A stretch of DNA of 35,668 nt from Candidatus Moranbacteria bacterium UBA4824 (lineage in GTDB: Bacteria; Patescibacteriota; Minisyncoccia; Moranbacterales; UBA2206): assembly GCA_002400405.1 (NCBI GenBank), contig DHFM01000033.1:1-35668 (forward strand), written 5' to 3'. A program made the position numbers and the translations under genes. How positions within the stretch are numbered: the stretch's first letter is position 1; each line of letters opens with the position of its first letter. This document shows positions 8,057 through 18,676 of this stretch, in pieces. A model generated the notes under the pieces. That model saw nothing but the letters and a program-made list of their open reading frames with translations, made no database searches and had not been told where the DNA came from.

Positions 8057-9955
8057 CTAACTTTCTACTCTAAACTTCCCCGCTATTGAACTATCTTCCA
8101 AAAGATTTGTGTTTTTTTCTCTATGCTCCCCCATAATACTTTCTTCAGTGAAAAGATCTTTGGCGGATATAGTTGTTTTTCCTAAGAGATCCACTTCCCT
8201 CCCCACTTGATCCGGCGATGGTTTTATTTTTACCTGAAAAGCTACTTCCGGAGAAGCAAATAAGAGTCCTGTGCCTGATTTAATGTTCCCAATTGTCCAA
8301 ACCATCTCATTAGTTCTGGAATTATAGTTTAAATTTGCCCCTTCCGGAAAAATGCTTCCTGTCATCTGAGCATTAGTTGGCAAAGTTGCAAAAACCTTTG
8401 CTCCAGAAACATCATTGGAAATATTGGTTGCTTTCCAATGAATCGTGTAGGTGGTTTCCTCTCCGACTTTTGGCGGAATTGGTCCTGAATTTGGAATATT
8501 ATTGTCCGCATAATATCCCCTAACATCAATTGCCAATTTAGTATTAACTTTCATACTAATTTCATTACTGGAAATTATTTTATTCATAGAAATCGGTGTC
8601 GGCACATCCGGACTATCAATCTTGGCTGTACTTTTAATGATAAAATTCTTATCTTTTTCTTCTCCGATCGGAAAAATATTTTTAACTTTTATCGAAAAAG
8701 AGATCATTCCGCCTTGATTTGCTCCTAAATTTTCCAAAGCTTTTATATCTGAAGCTTTCCAAGTAATCGCTTCACTGTCAGTGTCAAAACTTCCCCCTTT
8801 GAGTTTTAGCGAACTCAAATCCAACATCGAGCCATCCAGCTTTTCTGTTATGATAACATCACGCAACCCAATGCTACCATTATTTTTATAGGCTATATTA
8901 AATTCCAAAGTTTCACCAGCATTCACATTCAATTTTTCTTTTTTATTAACTATTTGCCTTATCGCTAGAGGAGAATAAATAATTTTTGTCTGCGCACTTT
9001 CACTATTGTAGGCTGTGAATTCATTTTGCTCTGACACTCCAATACTCGCTTCTACTTTTTTGATATTATCCCGCTCACCCTCCAATTTTCCACTCACCAC
9101 TATTTTTCCACTCTCTCCAGCGCCAAGACTCCCGATATCCCAAGAATTATTTTCTTTAGAAGCTCCAGGATTGGCGGAAGAAAAAATAAATTGATCAGGA
9201 TATTGCACTTTTATTGTCAAATTATTCATCACTTCTCTTCCATCATTTCGATAATTTATTTGATAGTCCACCACGTCTCCGCTTGAAATATTTTGCGGAG
9301 CCAAAACTTCCAAGGTAATCGGTGCCGAATTAACGCTCACTCCCAATTGCCCATTAGCTTGAAATTGACTGGAATAGCCGGAAGGATTATACTCCAGCGA
9401 AGCTTTGAGGTAGATAAGCGCGCCTTTGGGACTATAGGCCTTGCCGTTAAGAACAATTTTTCCTTTAGTTTTCCCTTTTATCGTTCCAATTTCAAAACTT
9501 CCGGAAGTGAGATTTTCAATTTTAAAATTAGAATTATTCTCCGGCTTGAAATTTTCTGGATAGCTTACTCGCAAAACCGCGTTTTTTATCGTGAGTCGAT
9601 TTTCATTGCGATAAGTTATCTCATAAGTCAAAAGCTTTCCACTCTCTACTTGCGTCGGCCCACTGATTTCAACTATTGCATTACCAGATTGAAAAAGCAT
9701 TTGCCGAACCAACATAAAAATTGCCATCAGAATAATTATCCCAATGATAATCGCTCCGGCAATCACGCCTTTTTTGATAGCTTTTTTTTCAACTACATCC
9801 AGGCCTGTTTTTTTCGCCCACAGATCCTTCTCGCCCTTACTCATCTCTCCTGTATCTTTAGCGATAGTCGGATCATATTGGCTAATTTCATGCTCCGACA
9901 AATTCTCCGGCGCCTCTTTCTTATATAAATTATTTTTAATATCCCTTAAAGACAT
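8057..9955 (-). CDS. Membrane-anchored protein with repeated Ig-like (DUF11-type) domains
   Basis: N-terminal TM (GVIAGAIIIGIIILMAIFMLV) then repeats of G..v.Y.I.Y.N.G...W.IG.L. Confidence 0.85.
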   Translation of the reverse strand: MSLRDIKNNLYKKEAPENLSEHEISQYDPTIAKDTGEMSKGEKDLWAKKTGLDVVEKKAIKKGVIAGAIIIGIIILMAIFMLVRQMLFQSGNAIVEISGPTQVESGKLLTYEITYRNENRLTIKNAVLRVSYPENFKPENNSNFKIENLTSGSFEIGTIKGKTKGKIVLNGKAYSPKGALIYLKASLEYNPSGYSSQFQANGQLGVSVNSAPITLEVLAPQNISSGDVVDYQINYRNDGREVMNNLTIKVQYPDQFIFSSANPGASKENNSWDIGSLGAGESGKIVVSGKLEGERDNIKKVEASIGVSEQNEFTAYNSESAQTKIIYSPLAIRQIVNKKEKLNVNAGETLEFNIAYKNNGSIGLRDVIITEKLDGSMLDLSSLKLKGGSFDTDSEAITWKASDIKALENLGANQGGMISFSIKVKNIFPIGEEKDKNFIIKSTAKIDSPDVPTPISMNKIISSNEISMKVNTKLAIDVRGYYADNNIPNSGPIPPKVGEETTYTIHWKATNISNDVSGAKVFATLPTNAQMTGSIFPEGANLNYNSRTNEMVWTIGNIKSGTGLLFASPEVAFQVKIKPSPDQVGREVDLLGKTTISAKDLFTEESIMGEHREKNTNLLEDSSIAGKFRVES

Positions 9956-10029
9956 AATGTTTATTTCTAATTTTATATACTACTATAGTACTAGATTTTT
10001 CAGTTTTTAACAATATAATCCTCGCCTCT

Positions 10030-10081
10030 CCAAAGTTGAGCTTTTTGAAAAGTTTAGGCTCCACCCTAAAGCTCAACTTTT
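10030..10081. repeat. 52-bp dispersed hairpin repeat, copy 1
   Basis: CCAAAGTTGAGCTTTTTGAAAAGTTTAGGCTCCACCCTAAAGCTCAACTTTT; 1 mismatch to 35537-35588. Confidence 0.92.
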
Positions 10082-10149
10082 TCTGCGGAAATTTTTTAAT
10101 TTTTATTCAGTGTAATCACGATAATCAGTGAAAATCAGTGGTTCTGATT

Positions 10150-10869
10150 TCAGTTTGCTATCCATCTCACCGCCTCTTGCGCGACAACTTTCAAATTATC
10201 TAGACTCTTTTTTTCCAGCTTTATCTTGCCGAGATTTTCAATTTTATTCTCCAAAACAATGCGAATGAATTTTACCGCCTCGTCAGTTATCCTAATCTTT
10301 CTCGTTTCAAGCTTGGCGCAAGCTGGGCAAATTATTCCTCCCCTCTGGGCGCTAAAATAATTTTCTCCTGAAACCAATTTGCCTGCGCAAGCAGAGCATT
10401 TTTTGACTTCCTGTTTGTAGCCTAAATTTTGCAAAAGCTTGAAAATAAAACCAAGTGTATAGATGTCAAATTTCAAATCATTTTCTTCTTTGGCTGATTT
10501 ATCCATTACTAATAAATAATCTAAAAGCAGTTGAAAAGTTTTTTCATCCTTTTCTTCCTGCGTCATTAGACGATTGAAAATTTTGAGTGCCGTAAAAACT
10601 TTTTCCAAAGCAAAAATATTTGCCTTGATCGCCAAAAAATTTTCCACTCCAATCACGCCCGTGACATTGCCCCGACCTTTGCCTTTGGCCAAGAAAATTT
10701 CACACTGCGTTATCGATTCCAAATTTCCCGCTAATTTTGCATTAGGCTTTTTGACTCCAATCGCCCGCGCCAAAATCCGCCCAGCTTCCCGAGTATAAAC
10801 CACATACACTCGATCCGTTTCGCCCGTATCAATCTTATTTAGCACAATCGCATTGTATTTATATTCCAT
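10150..10869 (-). CDS. recO: DNA repair protein RecO
   Basis: AIVL...GETDR...YTRE.G N-terminal OB fold; C..C...GG..C..C zinc finger. Confidence 0.92.
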   Translation of the reverse strand: MEYKYNAIVLNKIDTGETDRVYVVYTREAGRILARAIGVKKPNAKLAGNLESITQCEIFLAKGKGRGNVTGVIGVENFLAIKANIFALEKVFTALKIFNRLMTQEEKDEKTFQLLLDYLLVMDKSAKEENDLKFDIYTLGFIFKLLQNLGYKQEVKKCSACAGKLVSGENYFSAQRGGIICPACAKLETRKIRITDEAVKFIRIVLENKIENLGKIKLEKKSLDNLKVVAQEAVRWIAN

Positions 10870-10890
10870 AAAAATTACACCTTATTTTTT

Positions 10891-11046
10891 GTATCTTATA
10901 TCTTGTCTAATCTTAATTTCCAATTCTCAATTTTCATTCAATAATCAATTTCCAATTTTCATTACTTTTTTTGTTTGAAAATTTTTAATTTGAAAATTCA
11001 TTGAAAATTGAAAATTGAAAATTTTCTCGTATCTTGTTTCTTGTCT
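10891..11046. repeat. Heptamer-based inverted element (AATTTCC/TGAAAAT) flanked by GTATCTT..TCTTGTCT direct repeats
   Basis: AATTTCCAATTCTCAATTTTC...TTGAAAATTGAAAATTGAAAATT; flanks 10891-10908 and 11029-11046. Confidence 0.7.
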
Positions 11047-11115
11047 TTATTCTACTATCTTTCCCCAAAAACAAAAAGCGCCTCATTGCAATGGTTCTGC
11101 AACGAGGCACTAATT

Positions 11116-11487
11116 TTATTTCGGCAATGAAGGGAATAACCTCCTTACTGCCTGATTGAATTCCTTCCACTCAAATGGCTTAGACAAAAAAATATCACAA
11201 CCACTTGCATCGCAAAATTCTTTATTTAAAGAAGATCCCGAGATACAAATAGTCTTGATATTTGGTTTTTTTTCTCTCATTTTTCCTATTAATTCTCCAC
11301 CGTTGACCCACGGCATATCAAAATCCGTCACGAGCAAGTCAATTTTTGGATTGATGGTCTCAATAAAGTCTATAACATTCAGTGGATTTGAAAACTTAAA
11401 AACTTCAAATCCTAACATTTTCAAAAAGGTTGCTGTGAGCTTTAAAACTTGCTCATCGTCATCAACCAAAATTACCTTTTTTTTCAT
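11116..11487 (-). CDS. Single-domain response regulator (CheY-like receiver)
   Basis: VILVDDD, LLVTDFDMP..NG, ISG, FLSKPF. Confidence 0.92.
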   Translation of the reverse strand: MKKKVILVDDDEQVLKLTATFLKMLGFEVFKFSNPLNVIDFIETINPKIDLLVTDFDMPWVNGGELIGKMREKKPNIKTICISGSSLNKEFCDASGCDIFLSKPFEWKEFNQAVRRLFPSLPK

Positions 11488-11503
11488 TTTTCTTATTCCT
11501 TTT

Positions 11504-11788
11504 TTAAGGTTCTTTTATTTTCGATGGGTGAATCCCCAATATAGCTACTCCTGGAAATTCCCTACTTATTTCAATCAAAAGCAAATTCCCTTTTTCTTTT
11601 TCCAGATCTATAATCGCCAAATTCAAAGATTTTTCGAGAATTTTACTAACGCTTATCCAATTGAGAACATCTTTGTAATTAAACAAAAAATGCTCTTCGT
11701 CTCCCGCCATAGGCTTGTAATGTTTTTTAGCCTCGGCAATCCGCTTTGGACTAGCGCAAAAAATCAGCACTCTTCTCACTTCTTCCAT
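11504..11788 (-). CDS. Hypothetical protein, possibly a degenerate receiver-like fold
   Basis: 94-aa ORF with AGGAG upstream, co-oriented with the receiver gene; VLIFC...LAIIDL pattern. Confidence 0.6.
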   Translation of the reverse strand: MEEVRRVLIFCASPKRIAEAKKHYKPMAGDEEHFLFNYKDVLNWISVSKILEKSLNLAIIDLEKEKGNLLLIEISREFPGVAILGIHPSKIKEP

Positions 11789-11975
11789 CTTTCTTTCTCT
11801 CCTCTTTTTAAAAGGGTTTAAGTTTGATGTTAAAAATAATCAGGACTCACGCACCCACTGACAAAAAATTATCCCCAAATGCGTAAGTCCTCTTGAAATA
11901 TTAAATTGTCAAAAAACTAAAAAACTACCTTTTTAGGCTTCTAAACATTCAAGCATATTTTGAAATTTTAGTCAA

Positions 11976-12005
11976 GCAAAAACTCCGCCTGAACGAAGTT
12001 TTTGC
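11976..12005 (-). terminator. Putative terminator after the 1741-aa gene
   Basis: GCAAAAACTCCG...CGAAGTTTTTGC hairpin. Confidence 0.55.
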
Positions 12006-12029
12006 CTTTTATAAGCCTACATTTGCTAT

Positions 12030-15000
12030 TTAATTTCTACTTATTTTATTTGATGACTTTTTTCTTTTTCTAAGAGCATACCAAATTCCGCCTAAGATTA
12101 TAATCAATAGAAGCAACCAAGGCCATCTTTTGAAAATATTTTCCTTTCCTAAATTTTTATTTGTATCTCCCAAAACATCCTCGCCTGCTTGATTTTGTTC
12201 GCCTAAAACTCCTTCCCCATCGGCTTTATCTTCCTCGCCAGTTTCTGTGCCAAGAACTGTTCCTTCTGGTAATGTTTCAGTTCCTTCATCCACACTCACA
12301 GCGTTAGAAGTTCCGTCTTCAGGAATAACAATTTTTATTATTCTCACATCACTTTTGTTTCCAGCCTCGTCAGTCGTCAAGATTTTGTAATAGTAGGTTT
12401 CACCTAGCTCTATATCATCGTCATCAGTATAGTCTTCATCATTATCATCATTTTTAGCTATACGAGAACCACTATTTACTGAAAAGCTTCTTGAGCCACC
12501 GCGATAAATATAAACTTTATATATATTGCTGTTATCAGCATTCCAAGTTAATTTGACATCTGTTGTGTCTGGGCGATATTCGCCTTCAAAATTACTTACA
12601 TTATCTGGATCATTTGTGTCTACTTTTACATCCTTTGGCCCCATACTGCTGATATTAGAAGCCTTGTCTATACTTCTATAATAAAATTGCCAAGTGCCAT
12701 CAGCTATTGTAACTGGACCAGTATAAGTAATCCAAGCTCCTAAGTCACTATTAAGTTGATATTCAATTTTTTCTATTCCGTTATCATCTGTTGCAGTTAA
12801 TGTGATTTCAGGATTGCTTACATACCATCCATTGTCCCCGTCATTTGTCGCAGGATCAATAGCTAGTGTTACTTCTGGAAGAGTTTTATCCCAAATAAGA
12901 GTGAACTCATCATAGGCTGAATTTCCAGCGTTATCAACAACCGTGAGTCTGATCACATAGATTCCGTCAATGTCTGCCGAAATAGTTGTGTCCTCAGCAT
13001 CTAGTGTTCCAAAAATAATTGTTCCTGGTCCAGAAACTTGAGACCAATCATAACTGGCTACTGCGGAAATTGAACCGTCTACTGTAGCCTCCTGCGTAAA
13101 TTGAGCATTAACAAGCTTGTCTGTTCCCGCATCAACTATCGGAGCTGTTTTGTCTATATTAGAAACCGTTGCTGTCGCTGATCCAGTATTACCAGCTAAA
13201 TCCACGAACTCAAAAGTGAATGTTCCGTTTTCGGTAAATGTATATGTGGTGTTGCCGGAATTATTAGTTACGGTCACTGATTCACTTGGATTGAGTGTGG
13301 CTGTGACATCGCCATTGGTCCAATTCGTTGTTGAATAAGAGATTGTAGCTGTTGGTGCGATAGTATCAATTGTTAATGCTCTTGTATCGGAAAATCCAGT
13401 ATTTATTGCAAGATCTTCACAATGGACAGAATAGGAATGCAGACCATCGCCCATATCAGACAGTGATAGGGAAGCAGTATGATTTTGATTATCTACAATC
13501 ATAATTTGAGAGCTTTCTCCCATTTCACCTGAAACCCTTAAATCATCAATCCAGCCAGCATCGGAACCGCTAGTGACAGAGAAGTCTTTAGAATAAATCC
13601 ATTGTAAATTATGGTTCCCTGCCCCAAGATTATATTGCATTTGTTGCCAATTGACACCACCAGATATCCCAGCCTGATGTGTTCCGTCCAGATAAAAACG
13701 TAGATAATCATAACTGCTTTCAGAACTAACCATCCACCAAAATGATAGCGAAGAATTTGCTCCAGTAGTTACAGATCTTTGTAGAGTGCTCGAAACATTA
13801 TTCAATCCCCACATGTTTCCAGAACGAGCAGAATATAATCCTTCATGTTTGTTTGAACTATCAATATACCAATTAGCACTTCCAGAAGTATTCCAATCTG
13901 AAAGATTTCCTTTTTCAAAATCACCATTATTAAATCCAGAATCAAGATAACAACTCGAAACATCCTCACTTAGTGAAACTTTAATTATTTGATTATTATT
14001 ATTTGTAATTAAACCATCGTTTGGTGTTGGATCAATAAAGGTTACTGTTGGTGCAATAGTATCTACATCAAATGTATGAGCAGAATCTTGAGTCATGATA
14101 TTGCCAGCCAAATCTGTAGCTCCTGAAATATAAATAGTGTGCGTTAATTCTTCACCTGCATTTATTGGGTAATCAAAACAGAAAGTTTTGGCATCACCAT
14201 CGCTACAATCATCCACATAATAGCTTGCTACATTTGAATGAACATCTATCGTTGGTACGGTAGCCATATCTTCACTAAATGTTACTGTAATTTTTTGTGG
14301 TGAAGAAGTAGCTAAGTTATATGTTTGACCATCCGAGCTAACTGAGGCTATGGTTGGTGTAGTATTATCAATCGTCACTTTCCATAAATCACTCCATCCA
14401 CTTTCATTGCCAGCCGCATCAACCGCCTTTACTCTCCACCAAAAAGTAGCTTCTGGAACGTTAGGTGCTGTTTTAGAAGTTGTCGTAAATTCTCCGCTCC
14501 ATCTAGGACTTGCCATTTCTAAGTCATGGTAACTTTCATAAGCATATTTCACTGCGTCCGGAACAGAAGACCACGAATTTGTCAGTGATGGAATTCCCTT
14601 GACTATCAAATTGTTTGCTGGGGCAATAAGTGACGGAGTCGCTGGTGCGGTCGCGTCATAATAATAATGTACCGGTTCACTCCATTCTCCTTCGTTGCCT
14701 GCCATATCAAAAGCCTGCACTCGAATAGTTACGCCACCCTGCTCGTTTATATTTGGGATATGATTTCTCCATGTATCTGTGGTTGTCCGATATGGTCCTC
14801 CCGAAAAAGTATGCCAGTCATCATATATGTATTCGATACGATATTGTGCTATGCCAGAATAATTGTCTGCTCCAACTGTCCATTCATTGCGAATTGGAGT
14901 TGTTTTGAAATATTGCTCAGTAGAAGGTTTTGTAATCGTCAGTTTTGTCGGCGCAGTCCAATCCGAAGTATATTTACAACTATTTGTTATTCCTTGCTCG

Positions 15001-17255
15001 CCCCCAAACCAAGCCGATACATTCCCTGATTTATCAACCGCTCTTATTTGCACTCCATAAGTTCCTTCTGTCGGCGCTGTCCACCATGAAGCATTAAAAT
15101 ATGGAGCAGTAAATGTTCTAATTGAACCAGTGCTTCCATCAGCATTAAATGAAATATATTCATAATGGTCAAAATCTGATTCGACATTAGCATCCCAATA
15201 CACATCAAAATTCCTAGCCGAAGTGACTTCTCCACACTGCAAATTTTTATCATTCATTGTATCTTTAAAATATATACCAGTTGGAACAGCTGGCGCAGTA
15301 TTATCATAAACAATCGTCAAAGGATTACTCTCTAAACTTTCATTTCCAGCATTGTCAGTGGTTTTTACATACATTACATAACGACCCTCTCCATGACCAA
15401 ACGAACCCGATCGTGTCTTTTGCGTGCCCGCAACAAATCCCGAAGACCAATTAGTAGAGCTTCCGCCATCAGCTGGATAAAAAACATAACGCAATGTATA
15501 ACCCTTGACTCCAGATACATTATCATCTCCGCCTGTCCAATTTAATGTGACAGCATTTACATTTGTAAGAGTATTGTCAGCCGGAGAAGAAAATTGCGGT
15601 GTCGTAGGCGCGGTGTTATCAACTGTAATCTCCCAAGGACCTCCCCAATCTGAACAGTTACCTAAATTATCACAAGCTTTAGCTCTCCAATAATATTTTC
15701 CTTCTGGCTCACCCAGATTCATAATTTCTGAAGAATTTAGAGCCACGGAATCATAGAGAAGTGAGGAAAAATTAGTATTCCTTGAAGATTGATAATAATA
15801 AACAACACCCATTCCTGCTATATCACTCCAATCAGATTTATTTAGGTCTGATGTTTTTCTATAAATACCATCTGCGGGAGAAACTAAAGTTGGCGTCGCT
15901 AATTTATAGGTAAAATCTAAAGCCACATAATCATGGTGTGTTTTTATGCCATCCGTTTGAAAAAATGCTCTACCAACAGTTTGAAATCTTATTTTAAGAT
16001 TATTAATCTCAGAAATTGTATCTACATATTGACTTGGAATAGTTATCTGAAAAGTTTTATCTGTATCTGGATTGTCTATAGTCACATCACTGTCTAATAC
16101 ATCCCAATTAGAATTAGCTTGGTTCTCAATTAATAATTGAGCTTTATAAGTAACCGCGTAAGATAAAACAGCTAAAGCGTCTCTACGATATTCAAAAATC
16201 AATTTTACCGGACTATCTACTATAACATTTTCTGCTAAATTTGGGCTAAATCTGAATTCTACATATCTAGTAGAACTATAATTTGTGGTAGTCCAACGAC
16301 CGTCAGAATCCATCCTGTCATTATCGCTACTTATTAATTTACTGTTTTCAGCAACATTCACTATTTGAGCCGATCCGTCACTGGAATCTACTGTTTGCGT
16401 GACTACAAAAACCGTAAAATGATCTACTCCTTCCGCTTCAACCTTGTCATTTTTTACATCCACATCTTCAATTGTTTTGGCTTCATTGAGTTGTGATTCT
16501 TCTTCAGCATATTTAATTTGCACATTGTTTTCACCTTCTGGTTTTGGCAATGTCAAATCATATTCAAAAGTTTCATTCTCCATTGTTGAAGTAATGTCAT
16601 AGGCCTTATTTGAAATCGCGCCCAACATTTCGATTTGCTCCGGAGTCAAAATAATTTCCTCAATCGAAAGCGTGCCGGGATTTTCCGGTAATTTAGTGAA
16701 AGTGACGGTCACATCTTCGTTCTGCGGAGCTGTATATTTCACATCTTTTTCTACTGGATCATTAGTAGTCGCTTTGTCGCCATCTCTTGACCAAATATCT
16801 TGTTTTAATTCGTTGTCTTTTGTATCCTTATCAAAATTTTCTTCTGTTGGAGTTTCTTTCTCCGGCGCAACAATCGAGGCTGCCTCTGGCGTGATTTGTC
16901 CTTCGCCTGTAATTTCAATTACTTGAGTATCAACTGTTTCTGTTGGCAAAGCAGTAGTTTCTTCCACTGCTGGAGTCGCTTCTTCAACTGGAACAACAGT
17001 TTCCGCTATTGGTTCTTCTTCTACTACTGGAGCCGGCTCTTCTACCGTTTCTTCTATTGCTTCTTCAGCTTCTTCCTCAACTTCTTCCGAAGTTGAAGCC
17101 GAAACAGTTTCCGTAGTAGTTTCGTCAGATGCCAAGGCACGCAAAACTCCAGGGGCGCTCACTGGTTGCAAAACCATCATCATCACCATAAAAGAATACA
17201 GAATTTTTTCTGCTATTCTTCTGGAGTTTTTCGCGATCTTTCTTATAATTTTCAT
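12030..17255 (-). CDS. Large cell-surface protein with multiple Ig/Fn3-like domains and C-terminal TM anchor
   Basis: N-terminal signal, E/T/P-rich linker, repeated D.AGN...D.TAP modules, G.VLG repeats, WPWLLLLIIILGGIWYAL followed by a basic tail. Confidence 0.92.
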   Translation of the reverse strand: MKIIRKIAKNSRRIAEKILYSFMVMMMVLQPVSAPGVLRALASDETTTETVSASTSEEVEEEAEEAIEETVEEPAPVVEEEPIAETVVPVEEATPAVEETTALPTETVDTQVIEITGEGQITPEAASIVAPEKETPTEENFDKDTKDNELKQDIWSRDGDKATTNDPVEKDVKYTAPQNEDVTVTFTKLPENPGTLSIEEIILTPEQIEMLGAISNKAYDITSTMENETFEYDLTLPKPEGENNVQIKYAEEESQLNEAKTIEDVDVKNDKVEAEGVDHFTVFVVTQTVDSSDGSAQIVNVAENSKLISSDNDRMDSDGRWTTTNYSSTRYVEFRFSPNLAENVIVDSPVKLIFEYRRDALAVLSYAVTYKAQLLIENQANSNWDVLDSDVTIDNPDTDKTFQITIPSQYVDTISEINNLKIRFQTVGRAFFQTDGIKTHHDYVALDFTYKLATPTLVSPADGIYRKTSDLNKSDWSDIAGMGVVYYYQSSRNTNFSSLLYDSVALNSSEIMNLGEPEGKYYWRAKACDNLGNCSDWGGPWEITVDNTAPTTPQFSSPADNTLTNVNAVTLNWTGGDDNVSGVKGYTLRYVFYPADGGSSTNWSSGFVAGTQKTRSGSFGHGEGRYVMYVKTTDNAGNESLESNPLTIVYDNTAPAVPTGIYFKDTMNDKNLQCGEVTSARNFDVYWDANVESDFDHYEYISFNADGSTGSIRTFTAPYFNASWWTAPTEGTYGVQIRAVDKSGNVSAWFGGEQGITNSCKYTSDWTAPTKLTITKPSTEQYFKTTPIRNEWTVGADNYSGIAQYRIEYIYDDWHTFSGGPYRTTTDTWRNHIPNINEQGGVTIRVQAFDMAGNEGEWSEPVHYYYDATAPATPSLIAPANNLIVKGIPSLTNSWSSVPDAVKYAYESYHDLEMASPRWSGEFTTTSKTAPNVPEATFWWRVKAVDAAGNESGWSDLWKVTIDNTTPTIASVSSDGQTYNLATSSPQKITVTFSEDMATVPTIDVHSNVASYYVDDCSDGDAKTFCFDYPINAGEELTHTIYISGATDLAGNIMTQDSAHTFDVDTIAPTVTFIDPTPNDGLITNNNNQIIKVSLSEDVSSCYLDSGFNNGDFEKGNLSDWNTSGSANWYIDSSNKHEGLYSARSGNMWGLNNVSSTLQRSVTTGANSSLSFWWMVSSESSYDYLRFYLDGTHQAGISGGVNWQQMQYNLGAGNHNLQWIYSKDFSVTSGSDAGWIDDLRVSGEMGESSQIMIVDNQNHTASLSLSDMGDGLHSYSVHCEDLAINTGFSDTRALTIDTIAPTATISYSTTNWTNGDVTATLNPSESVTVTNNSGNTTYTFTENGTFTFEFVDLAGNTGSATATVSNIDKTAPIVDAGTDKLVNAQFTQEATVDGSISAVASYDWSQVSGPGTIIFGTLDAEDTTISADIDGIYVIRLTVVDNAGNSAYDEFTLIWDKTLPEVTLAIDPATNDGDNGWYVSNPEITLTATDDNGIEKIEYQLNSDLGAWITYTGPVTIADGTWQFYYRSIDKASNISSMGPKDVKVDTNDPDNVSNFEGEYRPDTTDVKLTWNADNSNIYKVYIYRGGSRSFSVNSGSRIAKNDDNDEDYTDDDDIELGETYYYKILTTDEAGNKSDVRIIKIVIPEDGTSNAVSVDEGTETLPEGTVLGTETGEEDKADGEGVLGEQNQAGEDVLGDTNKNLGKENIFKRWPWLLLLIIILGGIWYALRKRKKSSNKISRN

Positions 17256-17289
17256 AAATTTAAATTAAATAATTTACTTTATTAAAACA

Positions 17290-17344
17290 AAAACCAACTA
17301 GCGCTTACTACTTTTTAGTAAAGTAATAAACATTAGTTGGTTTT
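17290..17344 (-). terminator. Terminator-like hairpin in the leader of the surface-protein gene
   Basis: AAAACCAACTA...TAGTTGGTTTT stem followed on the minus strand by a U-rich run, ~35 nt upstream of ATG. Confidence 0.5.
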
Positions 17345-17742
17345 CCACAGCTAAAATTTCTATAAAATTATACATTTCACCCGAATTTAATATCTTCTTC
17401 TTAATCTAATACTATCAAACCCCAAATTTATGTCAATCTTGACAAGGGGTAATTTTGTGGTTTTATAATTTTAACCAAATCAAAAAAACCACCTCAGTGG
17501 TGGAATTTTTTGTTTTTGTTTTTCCTCAAATTATTTCTAAGGATAAGGCAAGGAATCTAGCCTTTCTTTTTTTAGGCTTTTTCGGCCTTTTATTTATTTC
17601 CTATTAAATTGTTTTTTATCTATTTACCCTATGGAATAATATTATATAAAACTCCAATCATATTTTAAAATTAAAGATAATCCACAGCTTTGACAAAATT
17701 ATGCATCCGTATTCCATAGGGTTAAAATTCTATTTTTTCAAT

Positions 17743-18564
17743 CTAAATCTGTTGAGCGCGTTTTTTCATTTCATAAGCCGTATATATTTTGTCGCACGCT
17801 ACTGCCAAAAAAGAGATTGGCAATAAAAATATAGATCCCAGAAAGAGTATTGCCGAAGCTAAAGATAGAACATCTGCCATCCCAGGCCAAACCTTGGCTG
17901 AATCAATTTCGAAGTTAACTTTTTTCTCCGGCATATTTTCGATAGGTGTTTCATTTTTTACCGACAAAACTTGAGGTAAAATTTCCGCTCCCCTCTCGAG
18001 CAAATCAGAACTTTTTTGCATTATAAAATTTTCTCCGTTTTTTGATGCTCCCATCGCTCCAGCTCGAGCACCAAATTCTTGAACTACTAACAAAGACATT
18101 TTGCCATCAATTTCTCCGGCGCCAAACGCCACGCCAATTTCTTTGTAGTCAGGATTCAAAATATTCTTTCGATGCGTTGGACTATTCATCCAAGCTTTTT
18201 GTTGCTCTTCGGCAGAAGTGAAATTAATGGCTAAATTTTCTCCAGCAAATTGATAATCATAATTTTCTTTTTCAAACCAATGCCAAGGAGTTTTTCCCTT
18301 TGGCGAAGTATGAGCAAAATAATGATTTTCAATCATATCATTAAGTTTGTCATTAGCTACTTTTCTTAAGGCTTCGTTTTGACTCAATGGTGCCAATCCT
18401 TCTTTCTCTCTGGCAATATTAACTAGATTTATAACTTTCGCCGGCGTAATTTCACTCGCCAAAATCGGCACAGCAAAAATGAAAAACATAATCGCAATCG
18501 CAACCATTTCCACAAAACATTCTTCTATTAATTTGATTTTTAGTCTTTTAATCATAATAACCAT
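17743..18564 (-). CDS. CAP/SCP-domain protein with N- and C-terminal TM segments
   Basis: YFAHTSP.G, AGENLA, AWMNSPTHRKNIL...YKEIGV. Confidence 0.92.
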   Translation of the reverse strand: MVIMIKRLKIKLIEECFVEMVAIAIMFFIFAVPILASEITPAKVINLVNIAREKEGLAPLSQNEALRKVANDKLNDMIENHYFAHTSPKGKTPWHWFEKENYDYQFAGENLAINFTSAEEQQKAWMNSPTHRKNILNPDYKEIGVAFGAGEIDGKMSLLVVQEFGARAGAMGASKNGENFIMQKSSDLLERGAEILPQVLSVKNETPIENMPEKKVNFEIDSAKVWPGMADVLSLASAILFLGSIFLLPISFLAVACDKIYTAYEMKKRAQQI

Positions 18565-18630
18565 TTACGAAAGTACGAATTAAGCGAAATTACGAATTCG
18601 TACTTTAGTTAGATTCGTACTTTCGTAAAT
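18563..18630. repeat. ACGAAT-unit inverted element
   Basis: Perfect 18-bp arms ATTTACGAAAGTACGAAT / ATTCGTACTTTCGTAAAT. Confidence 0.85.
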
Positions 18631-18676
18631 AAATAAAATCCGGGCTTTTCACCCGGCTTTCAACACTTTTGTAGCT

